Assembly (NCBI GenBank): GCA_965603825.1
Contig: CBFDEM010000004.1
Coordinates: 310,001-374,000 of the forward strand
Source: Blepharisma stoltei ATCC 30299
Taxonomy: Eukaryota > Protista > Ciliophora
Direction of reading: 5' to 3'
DNA length: 64,000 bases
The position numbers were made by a program, and so were the translations under genes. The notes beneath the pieces were generated by a model. The model was given only the letters and a program-made list of their open reading frames with translations, did no database searches and was not told the DNA's origin. Numbering within the stretch: position 1 is the stretch's first letter; the number at the start of each line of letters is the position of its first letter. Shown here piece after piece: positions 24,183 through 35,519 of the stretch.

Positions 24183-27100
24183 ATGGCAAATTTTTATACT
24201 TCAAGACATGATCTTCAGCAGTTATCATTAGGCGTTCCAATTCAAACTGTCATTAAAATTAAACCAAATGCAGGGTATTTTCGAGAAGACCTCAAAATCC
24301 ATGGTGATCGAATAGGGCTTTTAGATGTTAACAACAGAATCAGAGAAGAATACGAATGTGCAGACATTTTGGATGGAGGTGCACCGTCTTCAAGACTATA
24401 TGAAGTCAGTTCTCCATATCTCAAAGCAGCTCTAGAAGGTGTCAATGTTGCTTTTCTTGCGTTTGGAACCAGTGGGAGTGGAAAAACTTATAGCATTGAA
24501 GGAGATGCATCTGATCCAGGCTTAATCAACTACTTCTCTCAAGCCCTTTATCAAGCCTTAGACGATAAAAAATACACTTTAAACCAAAACCGATCTGTAA
24601 ATCAAATCCAAGGCTTTTCCTACTCTGTGAAAATGAGGTATATTGAAATTGTGGATGAAAAGATAACGGATCTGCTGATTCAAGCTAACACCCGGTCTTT
24701 GGGAAATGTACAAGCAATAAGAGATGAATGAGAAGGACCATCAGTTTCAAATGCAAGCTGGCTGCCATGTGCCAGCTCAAATCATCTTGTTGATATGTTT
24801 GCTTTAGCGAGGAGAAATAGAACTCAAGCTGCAAATGAGTTTGGAAATCTCCACGAAAAGTCAACTGGGATTTTAACGTTGGAGGTGCTGCAGGTTGCAC
24901 AAAACCCATCAACAGGAGAATCAAGTGTTCTAGCAAGCAGAATTTCGTTTATTGATTTGCCTGGGATGGAAAAATTGCATGATGATCCTGAGTCACTGAG
25001 ACTAAGAGAAGGGATAAACTTAAACAAGGGGCTATTATCATTGGCAGAACTGATCAGAAACTTGAGCCAAGGAACCAATGACTATGTTAGATATGATGCT
25101 TCTCAAGTTTCTGTGCTAATGGGAGACATTTTAGGAGGGAATTGCTTATCGATGGGAATTTTTTGTTTACAAAATGGGGATATGATTGGTTCTTCGCTGT
25201 CACTGAACTATATGAGGATGGTCAGATCTATCATGAACTTTCCTGTGGTTAATGATAACAGACAGCTAGGACTGCTAAGGATATATAGAGTTGAGATTTT
25301 GTATTTGATTAATCAGCTGAGCCTTTTAGGACCTGGAGGAGTAGATTCTTTTAATACTCAAATAGCAGATTTAGAAAAACAACTGATCGGGGGAAATTTA
25401 GATAAACTGAGATATGCAGATGAAAAGCAAAGGCTGGCTGAAAATATCAGGGAGCTCAAAGATTCCTATAATAAACTTGTTAAGGAAAAAGGGCAATTGC
25501 AAGAACAATTAATAAAATCAGAAGAAGAAAGACTGCAAATAGGCAAAGCTTTGATTGAGTTGCAAATTGAGAACTCTGAACTCCTTGAAAAGCAAGCCAA
25601 CGCTGATTTTGATGTCAATTCCAAGCTGCTACATGCAGAAAACGAAATCCTGGCTGCTAATACGAAGGAAGAAAAAGCACTGCTAACCGTTAGCGAAATG
25701 CAAGACAAACTGAAAAAAGCACTTGAGGACAAGCGCGAAATAGAAATCGAGTTCGTCGCACTGAAAAGCAATTTTTATAATCTCTCAACTGAGCTTAACG
25801 AAGAAAAGCTCAAAAATGAAAACCTCAGCATAGAAGTCATCAATCTTGTAAATGCAAATAAAGCTCTATCCGGGGATACTGATTACCTTGCCAAGCTAAA
25901 ATCAAATCTCTCTATGGATCAAGAGAGGCTGATACTCGAAAATGATAGGCTAAAAAAAGACAACCGCCAATTAGAAGAAGCATTATTAAACGCCAGATCA
26001 GAAGTGGAGCAGCTTCGAGGAGAGCTTGTAAAATACGATCTAAATGCTCAGCGTCAGCATGTAGACTTCGATAATAGAAAAGTTGAGCTGGAAAGAGGAT
26101 ACCTAGAAATCACTCGGAAGAGAGATCAAGATGCACAAAATAAAGTGCAGGACGCAGAGCGCAGAGTTAAAAAGCTTGGCCAAGAAACTGAAATGAAAGA
26201 GTCTGATATCACTTCATTAAGTCAGCAGCTTAAAGCGTCTCAGAGAAAAGTTGCGGAACTAGAAGACCATTTAAACGAGTATTTGAAGCATGATAGCGAA
26301 ATGACTGAAGAGTGTCATAGGCTGCAGCTTCAATTAGAAGAAATGAGAGGAAACTTCAGGACGAAGCTGGTCCGAGCAATGAATGAAGGATTAAATCCAG
26401 GAGATGATATGATGAGAGCTTCAAGAGAAGAATTGATAAGGTCTTATAATGAAAGAGAGGTGGAACTTACAGAAAAATTGAATAAGGAGCTCGCAAAGAA
26501 TGCTCAAAACGTTAAAGTAGTCAGGGGGATTAGAGCATATGCCAGAAGTTTAAAAAATCTTGCTGAAGATTGGGCACCCATTGGGAAGCAGCTCCCTGAT
26601 ATATTGGTAATGCCACCTGCGATTCTGCTGGAAGATGAAGATAAAAATTTAGCCCAAAAAAGTCAACAGCAAGAGCTTGAAAGGCTAAGACTTCGGAACT
26701 CCCATTTAGAGCAAGAAGTCAAAGCCCTGCAGTCACAGCTTGTTGCTAATACAGAAAGCTACACGAAAGTTATACAAGGCACAAATAATCCAGCTTTGCA
26801 ACAAAAACTGTTATCAGAAATAGAATATTTAAGAGGCGCGCCTGTAAGCCAGTCGAGGCCTGGAAGTGGAAATTATGATGTTGACGTTTTGAGAAAGGAA
26901 AGAAATCAGCTAAGGGAAGAAAATAGAAAGTTAAACCAGGAAATCAGGGATTTAAGAGTCAGGGGCGGAGGAGGAGTAGGAGTGAGTATGAGTGGCGGAG
27001 GAAATGAGCAAGCTTTGCAAGGAGAAATTGAAAGATTGAGAAAAAAGCTTAATGAATATGAACAAGGAATTAGCAATATTCCAGCAGGAAATCAAAATCC

Positions 27101-27323
27101 AAGACAATTGCAACAGAAAGTCAGTTATCTTGAAGAGGTGCTTAGAAAACTAGAAAGGGAAAGAAGTGAACTAAGCATCAGAGCAACAATGGCGGAAGAG
27201 CAGCTGAAAAATTTAAATGAACATATGAATTCATCCATACAGAACTACCAAAGAAAAATATCCGAACTAAAAAAAATAATTCAGCAAATGAAAGGAGGCA
27301 GACCCGAAGAGAGTTTCAGGTAA
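24183..27323 (+). CDS. Divergent kinesin motor domain fused to CCDC78-like coiled coil (~1046 aa)
   Basis: P-loop GTSGSGKT, YIEIVDEKITDLL, DLPGME, NLNKGL; one TGA at 24729. EEERLQIGKALIELQIEN and ERSELSIRATMAEEQL resemble CCDC78 conserved blocks. Confidence 0.8.
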
Positions 27324-27475
27324 TTTATTAATGTATACTCAAATCTTATTATATATATGCGTTTTAAAATATTATTGTAGACATAATATATTGCTGTAAT
27401 TGAAATTTATGCTGTTTTTATTATATAATTTTAATAAGAAATATAAATTTATATCTTATTTTTTATTTCATTGGA

Positions 27476-28484
27476 TTATTCCTCAGAAAATCCAGGCAGT
27501 ATTTTACTATTAAAGGCTTCTTTTATATTTTCTGGAATAAATGCCTCTATGTTATTGATTGCAGCTTTAATTCCTTTTCCTTTTTCTTCAATTTTTTCTA
27601 TATTTTCTTTTCCAACCGCGTTTTTCACAACTTCCTTTACCATTAATGCCTCAAATTTATATTGCTCCAATAGGGCTTTCATTTCTTTTCCCTTCTCAAT
27701 GATTGACTTCAATATTTCATTTTCCACTATTTTTTCTGCACCTTTTTCAGTTAGTAATTTATCTATTTCCAACGCTTCTAGCATATCTTTTATCCCTTTG
27801 CCTTTCATCAGTAAAGATTCAACTTTGTCAAATTTGCTTTCCTTTCCAGACCCTTCTTTTTTTGATTTCTCCTTTTCATAACTTCTTATAATTTCCATTA
27901 TTTCTTTATTATTCTCCAAAAATTCTAACACATCTTCAAACTTTTCAAAACCAATAACTTTTTTAAACACTTTTCTAGCTAGTACAGCCAATATACCGCA
28001 AGCGCAGCAAACCAAGCCTATTCCTGTGTAACTGACAACTAATATTGATAGAGTTAGAGCCCATCCATTATAAAAATCATCATAACAGTTATCACTGGTA
28101 TATAGCCAAACACTCCCAACAACTATCCAGGAAATGAAAAATGGAAAGCTTAGTGAATAAAGGAAGATCACGCACGCCCTTTTGCCCTTTTTAATTTTTT
28201 TGACAAAAGTTAAAGAAAGTAAAATAAGAGAAAATCCAGCCACAGCAGCTCAGACAATAAGCCATTCTCTATATTAGGATTTACCGAATTGGATTGTCAC
28301 ATGTTGAATCATCAATACCTAAAACTATTGCAATTGAAACAATCTAAATAAGTATTACAAAGCCAAAATGAACAATGTAGCAAAAATAATTATTGAATTT
28401 CTTTCCAGTTTTCTCAACTGTTTCTGCAGTTTCATCTTCATCTTCATCTTCGTCTTCTTCTTCTTTTTTCTTTTTATCTCTCAT
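27476..28484 (-). CDS. Multi-pass membrane protein with K/E-rich tail; introns 28344-28358 and 28269-28284 (16 nt)
   Basis: Spliced CDNPIREWLIVW and WIVVGSVWLY..C blocks; frame checked through both introns into ORF 27476-28243. Confidence 0.78.
28269..28284 (-). other. 16-nt intron
   Basis: gtaaatcctaatatag; restores CDNPIREW. Confidence 0.8.
28344..28358 (-). other. 15-nt intron
   Basis: gtaatacttatttag. Confidence 0.8.
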
Positions 28485-28666
28485 TTTAATATATTAAACT
28501 GAAATTGTATAAAAATAAATAATTTTTTATTGAATATTTATTTTATGCATCTAGATCTTTTATTCATAATTAATTTAAAAACAATTTTGCATGAAGATAG
28601 AGTCTTTTTAACCAAAAAGGATACAAAAATTGAATATCTACTACATAACTTTATAATATTAAATTC

Positions 28667-29242
28667 TTAGAATAAAATATTTAAGACTCCAACTAGAATG
28701 CATAATCCTCCAAATATTACTGTAGCGTACTTTGAAATTCCAAACACTCCATGGTTAATAGCTAAATACCCATTAAAAAGGTAGCCCAAAAACGAACCAA
28801 TTAGAACGAAAACAAATGACCAGTAATATCCCATTGGAAGCAACACCAATGATGGCTTATTGATCCATTCAAATAAACTTGTATACGCAAAAGTTTTGAA
28901 AAATACCCCAGAACCTTTACCAGGATTAATTAGCGCTTTTGATTTTTCGTCACTTGAGGCGCTTTGCTTATTAAAAAAGAACTGAGCAAATGATATAAGT
29001 CCTAGAGCAATGAAAATTAGGTCCATTATCCATGAAAGAGCTGTGGATCTATTCTCAAATAAAATAAAATTTGCAATGACTGTAGTGATCACAGTTATCA
29101 ATCCTGTAGCTGCTATGTATCCACCAAAAATAGGTGACTTTGGAGATGAGTCTGCTGTCTGATGAAGTTTGCGTTTAGTTTGGTTTCTTAAATCAGCTGC
29201 CACAATAAAGACGAAGCTGTATACGATGTCAGGTAAACCCAT
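28667..29242 (-). CDS. Membrane protein, probable degenerate GDT1/TMEM165 (UPF0016) family
   Basis: Two-repeat hydrophobic layout: SFVFIVAADLRNQT and FFKTFAYTSLFEWINKPS..IGSFLGY..LAINHG..IFGGLC. Confidence 0.6.
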   Translation of the reverse strand: MGLPDIVYSFVFIVAADLRNQTKRKLHQTADSSPKSPIFGGYIAATGLITVITTVIANFILFENRSTALSWIMDLIFIALGLISFAQFFFNKQSASSDEKSKALINPGKGSGVFFKTFAYTSLFEWINKPSLVLLPMGYYWSFVFVLIGSFLGYLFNGYLAINHGVFGISKYATVIFGGLCILVGVLNILF

Positions 29243-29627
29243 TTATAATGATAAGCCAATAATAGATTTTGAATTTATTGCATTTTAAAATAATTAAAAA
29301 TAAGTGATATTGGAATTCCTCAATTTATTGACCGAATTGCAGTCACTAATCTTTCATCCTTATAAACAGGTGGAAATTGAGCATTGTTAAAATAATTAAG
29401 CAAAAAGTTTAGAACCATAAACGACAAAGTAAATGCTATTCGGAGCATAAGTTTAAAAATTAATTTTTGGCATTCATCATTAAGTTCTAATTAAATAAAA
29501 AACTATTATTTCAAGATTAAAGATATATAAGGCTTGAAGTCTAATTGCAAAATAATTTGAAGAATTGCGTTATTAAGCTAAGTTTAAGTTTTTACTATTT
29601 ATTCATGCTATATTATATCTAAAATAA

Positions 29628-30404
29628 ATGCTTTCTTTATGTCTTAAAAGATTTTTTGGAGTAGCTCCTGCAGTTCAAAGCATTATTTCCGCAAACACAC
29701 TTGCAGACAATCCAGGAGCTCGAAAGCAATTTATAAGAGTCGGTAGAGGTGAAGGCTCCAAGCACGGTGGAACTTGTGGAAGAGGAAATAAAGGAGACAA
29801 ACATAGAGCAGGAGGTGGCGTCAAAAGACAATTCGAAGGAGGACAGAAAGGCTTAACAAGAAGACTGCCTAAATGGGGTTTCAATCGTTCATTTTTCAAA
29901 GACACCCTTAAGCCTCTAAGTTTTTCCCACTTGTATTACTTCATCAGCAAGGGAAGAATCGATACAACCAAAACAATTACGATGAAAGACTTATTTGAGG
30001 CTGGAGTTTTCTCAAGAATCAAGGATGGAGTAAAATTGACTGCAAGAGGATTCAACCTAATTGACAGACCTCTTCACTTCGACTTGACTGACGCTACACC
30101 TGCAGCTATTAAAGCAGTAAATGAAAAAGGGGGAAGCGTCATGATCACTTATCGTACCAAAAAGCAGTTAGAGTATCATGTGAAGCCTTACAAATTTGAC
30201 TTGCCTATGAGAGAATCAGCTATGCCACCTCCTTATGAAGTATTGAAACTTGAGAAGAAGAGGGAAATCGGCGCAATGGTAAAATATGTCAAGCCAACAT
30301 GGATTGATTCGTGGAAACCTGCAGAGCTTCCGAAAATCCCTCCTTATGTTAGAAAGCCTAAGCCACTAGTTGTCAGGACTTATGATTATGGAGGAAAACC
30401 ATAA
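29628..30404 (+). CDS. MRPL15: Mitochondrial ribosomal protein uL15m
   Basis: Presequence [10 protein letters not shown]; [37 protein letters not shown]. Confidence 0.93.
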   Translation: MLSLCLKRFFGVAPAVQSIISANTLADNPGARKQFIRVGRGEGSKHGGTCGRGNKGDKHRAGGGVKRQFEGGQKGLTRRLPKWGFNRSFFKDTLKPLSFSHLYYFISKGRIDTTKTITMKDLFEAGVFSRIKDGVKLTARGFNLIDRPLHFDLTDATPAAIKAVNEKGGSVMITYRTKKQLEYHVKPYKFDLPMRESAMPPPYEVLKLEKKREIGAMVKYVKPTWIDSWKPAELPKIPPYVRKPKPLVVRTYDYGGKP

Positions 30405-30737
30405 ATACTAAATATTCAATATTTCTTACTTAGCTCTGTTAAAAAGAAAGTCTTTTTGGACTTAATTTTAATCCTAAAGCTAAATAAATTAGGATTCAAA
30501 TTGCTTAAACTCTTCGATTTCAGGCGGATGAAATAATAATTTGGATAAATTCCGATTCGTAGAATTTAATTTAGAACAATGTAGTAATGAATGCTTGGTA
30601 CTAAATCATTCAGCTAGGTTTTAATTTGATGGTACTAATAATAAATAGATAAGCTGAGCAGATATTCAGCAGAGATCAGCCTCAATTTAACTTATCCATC
30701 TTGCTATCAACAACTTGCTAATTTATTGATAAAATCA

Positions 30738-31673
30738 ATGTCGGATATTCCAGAAGACTGCCCAGGTGTTGGAACAGAGCACGCAGGTCAAGCAAGCGCC
30801 TGCCAAGGATGTCCTAATCAATCATCATGTCAAAGTGGCCAAACTCCTGCCCCGGATCCTAACATTCAAGTTGTCGCTGATCGCCTCAGAAATGTGAAAT
30901 GTGTAATTTTGGTATTGTCTGGCAAAGGAGGAGTCGGCAAAAGCACTGTTGCAGCACAATTAGCATTTGCTCTATCTTTAAATCCTGAAAGGCAGATTGG
31001 ACTTTTAGATATCGATATCTGTGGACCAAGCCAGCCTCATTTAATGCACATGCAAGGTGAAGAGGTGCATTCTTCAGCATCTGGATGGTCTCCTGTATTC
31101 CATGCAGATTTTCCTAATTTAGGAGTGATGTCAATCGGATTCTTGATCCCTTCTTCAAATGATCCAATTATATGGAGAGGCCCTAGAAAAAATGGTCTTA
31201 TAAAGCAATTTTTGACTGATGTGGATTGGGGAGATTTAGATTATTTAGTGATTGATTGCCCACCCGGAACCTCAGATGAACATCTTAGCATTGTGACTTT
31301 TCTAAGTGGAATTCCAAGGACGCTTGGGCTAATTGTGACTACACCTCATGAATTGAGTTTGCTTGATGTCAGAAAAGAAATTGGCTTTTGCAAGAAAACA
31401 GGCATTAAGATAATCGGTGTTGCTGAAAATATGTCTGCTTATCATTGTCCAAATTGCCAGTGCTCTACTCCAATATTCCCAGGATCAACTGGAGGAGCAA
31501 GAAAAATGTGTGAAGACATGGAAGTTCCTCTTCTAGCATCAATTCCTATTGAAGTTGGCATCGGAGTTGCAGCTGACCAAGGAAGGCCAATCAACAGCAA
31601 TGACGGAGTTTCTCACGCAATTTTTTCCAAATTGGTCTCAGTCTTTGAAAACTATTGTAAACTTAATTTTTAA
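30738..31673 (+). CDS. NUBP1: Cytosolic Fe-S assembly factor Nbp35/NUBP1
   Basis: N-terminal CPG..CQGCPNQSSC, SGKGGVGKST, DICGPS, WRGPRK, D.PPGTSDEH, CPNC. Confidence 0.95.
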   Translation: MSDIPEDCPGVGTEHAGQASACQGCPNQSSCQSGQTPAPDPNIQVVADRLRNVKCVILVLSGKGGVGKSTVAAQLAFALSLNPERQIGLLDIDICGPSQPHLMHMQGEEVHSSASGWSPVFHADFPNLGVMSIGFLIPSSNDPIIWRGPRKNGLIKQFLTDVDWGDLDYLVIDCPPGTSDEHLSIVTFLSGIPRTLGLIVTTPHELSLLDVRKEIGFCKKTGIKIIGVAENMSAYHCPNCQCSTPIFPGSTGGARKMCEDMEVPLLASIPIEVGIGVAADQGRPINSNDGVSHAIFSKLVSVFENYCKLNF

Positions 31674-31737
31674 GGGCTTTCAAGGCAAATTTCAGTTAAT
31701 TTTATTTATGCAATAAGATAATGTTTCACTCACAAAA

Positions 31738-32037
31738 TTAGTCCAAATCAGCAAATTTAGATGGGTCTTTTGAGGAGCCTCGGCTAATGATCAATCCTTT
31801 TAAGCTTGGCTGAGATGATAAGTTTGCGTCTTTCTCCTAAATAGGAAATACAGGCTGAGGTGCTGGATTTGAAGCCAGACTTTCACCTCTGTTAAGAATT
31901 TGAATATGGTCTGATCTCTCTGCATTTTGCTGCACTAAAGGATTTCGGTCTTCATTAAAACTTTCAACTGGCACTTGTGCAGTTTCGTCAATTGCTCTTG
32001 GGTTCTTTACTTTGGCGTTACTTCCAATGCATCCCAT
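31738..32037 (-). CDS. Small disordered protein with MGC acylation motif; probable intron 31837-31851
   Basis: MGCIGS start; the stop TAG is the 3' end of gtatttcctatttag, and splicing extends the ORF to TAA 31738. Confidence 0.65.
31837..31851 (-). other. Probable 15-nt intron
   Basis: gtatttcctatttag. Confidence 0.7.
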
Positions 32038-32147
32038 GGCAAGTAAAGTAGTTTAATCAAAGATTAAATATGTAGCTCATCATTTAGTTTATGAATACAA
32101 TTAGCTGCATGCTCTCAGAATACTAAATTATTGTATTTAGTAGGAAA

Positions 32148-33041
32148 CTAGGCTAAAGTGTGGAGGATAAACTCATAAACTGTAAAAAAAAGTGCCTGGG
32201 CAGGGATTACTCGGACTAAAGTGATTCCTAGGCCACGATAAAACCCTCTGAAGCCGCCGGTATTCCAAACATCAGAAATGCAGTCTCTTAGTCCATAGTA
32301 AAGAATGTTGGAATTAGGACTGGCTTTATCTATGTTCTTCGCTTTCAATAAAATGTTGTCAATGTGTTGTTCTTGCTGGATACGAATTTTTATTAAATTA
32401 ACTGGGAAGATCATGCTTGAAGCAGCAAGCTTGCTGAGCCCTCCTGCTAAAGAAATTTTCCTGTAGTCATTGTCAGCGTTTAAAATATTTTTGAACAATT
32501 CATAGAAGTAGACTGTAAAAGCTCCATTTAGTCCCAATAAATTCCCAATTCAGTATCCTCTTCAAAATCCTTTTATCCCTTCAAGTTTCCAAGTCTTTAC
32601 AGTTGAGTCAATAGTGTCTGAAACTCAATGCTCGCTATTTCTTATTAGCAAAGCACGTGTTTTAACCACAGTAATTGGATTCAGCACAAAGTTGCTTATA
32701 AACGATGACAGTGCTGCTATGGAGAACTTTTCAAATTCTGTATGCTTGACGATATTATATTTCCTACTCAATCTTTTCATAGATTCATAAATATAAAAAT
32801 AAACTGACCAAGAAATGCTTGAAATTATTTGAAAATGCCACCCTCTGTACAACTGCTTAATACCTTGGGAGCTCAATGACTTAAAAGCTTCAACTGAATT
32901 TTTATAATATGGAATATAATTTTTCGAATATGGAGACGACACTGTCATATGGTATTTCACTTTTTCTAAAGGAAAAAAGACTATGTTGCTTCAGCTTGCA
33001 AAAAATGCTGCAATACCTGATTTGCTTGAAGTTGATTCCAT
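32148..33041 (-). CDS. Mitochondrial carrier (SLC25, folate/FAD/NAD carrier-like)
   Basis: Three repeats PLEKVK, PITVVKTR, PVNLIKIR with G..LYRG / EGIKGF-W-RG / GFRGFYRG; TGA=Trp joins; ends TAG. Confidence 0.88.
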
Positions 33042-33146
33042 TTTCTTTTCCTTTATTAGAAAAACAAGAGGTGACTGTAAAACAAAGGAAAAAGATTTTA
33101 TTATAAGGCAAATCTATATGTGTATTTTTACTTTAAAATTATTGAT

Positions 33147-35519
33147 TTATGCCGAAACCTCATCTTTCCATCTTGCCATTAATTCGCTGTTTAGCAGTTC
33201 TTCTGCATTTGGCCTCTCTTCAGGGTGAGGAGATGTCATCTGCAGAATGATTTGGCTTTCAATGGGAAAAGCATCAACAAAATCCTGTGGAAGTTGATGG
33301 TGCTCTCGAATTCTCTTAAAAATCTTGATTTGCTCATGCCTTGTGGAAAGCTTGGTATTCATTTCTAATAAGATGAGACCAAGAGGGAAAATATCTGCTT
33401 TATGGTTATAATTAGAAGTTGTCTCTTGTTCTGGTGCGAGGTAGTATGGGGACCCAATGTTCACCGAAAGTCTTTGAAGCTTTTGATCATTTCCGTTGTT
33501 TTCATTATAAATTTCTGGCTCTAAAACCCTTGCTAAATTAAAATCCCCAATTTTCAGCTCATTTCCATCAATAAAAATGTTTTCAGGCTTCAAGTCTCTA
33601 TGCAGAATTCCTTTTTCATGGACATGCTTTACTCCTTTTAAGATTTGAGTGAAAAATCGATAAGTTTGCTTCCTGTCAATTGTTCTTTCGTCGTCTTCAA
33701 GCCAGTTTCTCAGTGTCATTCCATCACAATATTCCATTTGCATATGCAGCAACACGTTTACATATTTCTTATTTTCATAGGATATCGAAAGGTCTGACGA
33801 TTCCAAGCTTTCAATGTAAGAGAACGAGCTTTCTTCACTTTTAATTGACAAGGTGGGGTCATTGATTTCTAGTTCTGCCCAGCAGGTTATGTACCTTACC
33901 ACATACTTGCTTTGAAGTTTCTTCAGCGCGTTCACTTCGGTGAATAGCTTGTGGTTCTTGATGCTTTTGTTTTCTTCAATCTTCATTTTGACGATTTTAA
34001 TGGCATAGAGCTGAGCATCTAGCTTATGTCTGGCAAGGTGGACAGAGCTAAACCCTCCAGTCCCGAGGATTCTTTCATATTGGAATCTTCTTGCATAATT
34101 TCCATTGTCCAGAATTTCCATGAGCTCTCTGAATTCGCCTTCAGGGTAAACAGAAACAGTTGCAGTAGTGTTATCATTGACTTTTTCAGCGTCAATTCTC
34201 ATATGGAAAGGTGGCTTAGTGGTCAGCATTTTGTCTGTTTCTTGACTGTTCTCAACTCTATAAGTTTTGGTCAAAGTGTGCTTTTCGATTTTTCTGTATG
34301 AATTTTCGCTTTTTTCCAAAATGATTTCAGCATTAACTGTCGTACTTTCTTCATATTGCTCGAGAACTGGAATATGGAATTTTTCTTGGAAAAGTTCTTT
34401 TTCAAGGTTTTTATTGCACAAGTCTACATTTGAGCAAGAAGTATAAGGCATAATCTCGCATCCCTTCCCAAAATCCATACTTTCGTCAAGCTGGAACTCC
34501 ACAAGCTTATCTGTTGTATCATGAGAATTTGATAGAGATGGCGATTGCGAGGCAAGAGGTAGAGTTTCAGCTTTGTCTTGATTGTTTCTATCTGTATCAG
34601 CAGTTTCTAGCTCACTGTTTCCACTTTTCAACCTTGGACTTAAGCTTTCAATGTTCAGTATTGGAGGTCTTTCATACGCAACATTTCCTCTATAGTTTTG
34701 AATTTTCCCTAAACAAAACCCTGCACAAACCGCTACAAATATTGCAAACGAAATGTAGAAATTCTGAATACACCATTCTGTAAAGGAAGCAAACAAATTC
34801 GAATCTTGTAGCTCAAAAATGGACATCACTTCGTCATAATAATGCATGCTGTCTCTGAAGTAGCTCGAATCGTCAAACATTTCAAGGAAATAAGGGTCCT
34901 TCATCATCTCTTCTCTCCAGTTATTCGCATTGCTGAATTCATCGTCCTCAAAACCATCAGGCATTTTCAGAGTATCTTTCGTCTTCATAACTGTATAATA
35001 GGTATAATTGAGAACCCAAAGCTTTTCCCCTGAAAACGAGCTGATTCCTGTAATTGAGTACTCAACGCCGCTAATTAAGTGCAAAAGATTTTTGGTGTCA
35101 ACGCCTATGCTGGGAAGAGGAGTCAATGTGAAGTCACTATCGATGTGGTAGAGCTTGGTGTTTTTAGAGCCCATCAATATCGTGTTTGGCAGTTGTGGAA
35201 TTTCAAGAGGAGACCTGGAAACGATTTCTTGAACAGTTTTCGGAAGATTACTGAGAGGCTTGCGCGAGTTTAAAAAAGACAATTGTCCTTCGCTCGAGAT
35301 ATCAAGAACTCGAGGAGAGTGTGAATTAGATGAATAGGAAATGACTGGAGCTATTATGTTTGGGTTTGCAAATGTAATGTTGTTTTCAATATAGTACAGT
35401 TGAGCTCTTTTATCACTTTTTTCATCAAATATAATATTTGGCGATAGACTGTGTATTGATAGTTCTGTATTTTCCAAACAAAGAGCAGAGGATAGAATCA
35501 AAAATATCAATATCGCCAT
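33147..35519 (-). CDS. PERK-like transmembrane eIF2-alpha kinase
   Basis: Signal peptide, IRE1/PERK-type luminal blocks and one TM helix. Kinase GTGGFSSV, YAIK, VVRYITCW..insert..LHMQMEYC, HRDLKPENIF, GSPYYLAPE. Confidence 0.85.
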   Translation of the reverse strand: MAILIFLILSSALCLENTELSIHSLSPNIIFDEKSDKRAQLYYIENNITFANPNIIAPVISYSSNSHSPRVLDISSEGQLSFLNSRKPLSNLPKTVQEIVSRSPLEIPQLPNTILMGSKNTKLYHIDSDFTLTPLPSIGVDTKNLLHLISGVEYSITGISSFSGEKLWVLNYTYYTVMKTKDTLKMPDGFEDDEFSNANNWREEMMKDPYFLEMFDDSSYFRDSMHYYDEVMSIFELQDSNLFASFTEWCIQNFYISFAIFVAVCAGFCLGKIQNYRGNVAYERPPILNIESLSPRLKSGNSELETADTDRNNQDKAETLPLASQSPSLSNSHDTTDKLVEFQLDESMDFGKGCEIMPYTSCSNVDLCNKNLEKELFQEKFHIPVLEQYEESTTVNAEIILEKSENSYRKIEKHTLTKTYRVENSQETDKMLTTKPPFHMRIDAEKVNDNTTATVSVYPEGEFRELMEILDNGNYARRFQYERILGTGGFSSVHLARHKLDAQLYAIKIVKMKIEENKSIKNHKLFTEVNALKKLQSKYVVRYITCWAELEINDPTLSIKSEESSFSYIESLESSDLSISYENKKYVNVLLHMQMEYCDGMTLRNWLEDDERTIDRKQTYRFFTQILKGVKHVHEKGILHRDLKPENIFIDGNELKIGDFNLARVLEPEIYNENNGNDQKLQRLSVNIGSPYYLAPEQETTSNYNHKADIFPLGLILLEMNTKLSTRHEQIKIFKRIREHHQLPQDFVDAFPIESQIILQMTSPHPEERPNAEELLNSELMARWKDEVSA

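Noticed and set aside
30520-30690. Possible snoRNA or hairpins upstream of NUBP1 (GCTGA..TCAGC) and at about 40992-41007 (CGCCT..AGGCG)
   Set aside because: Short isolated stems without clear C/D or H/ACA boxes; expected by chance.
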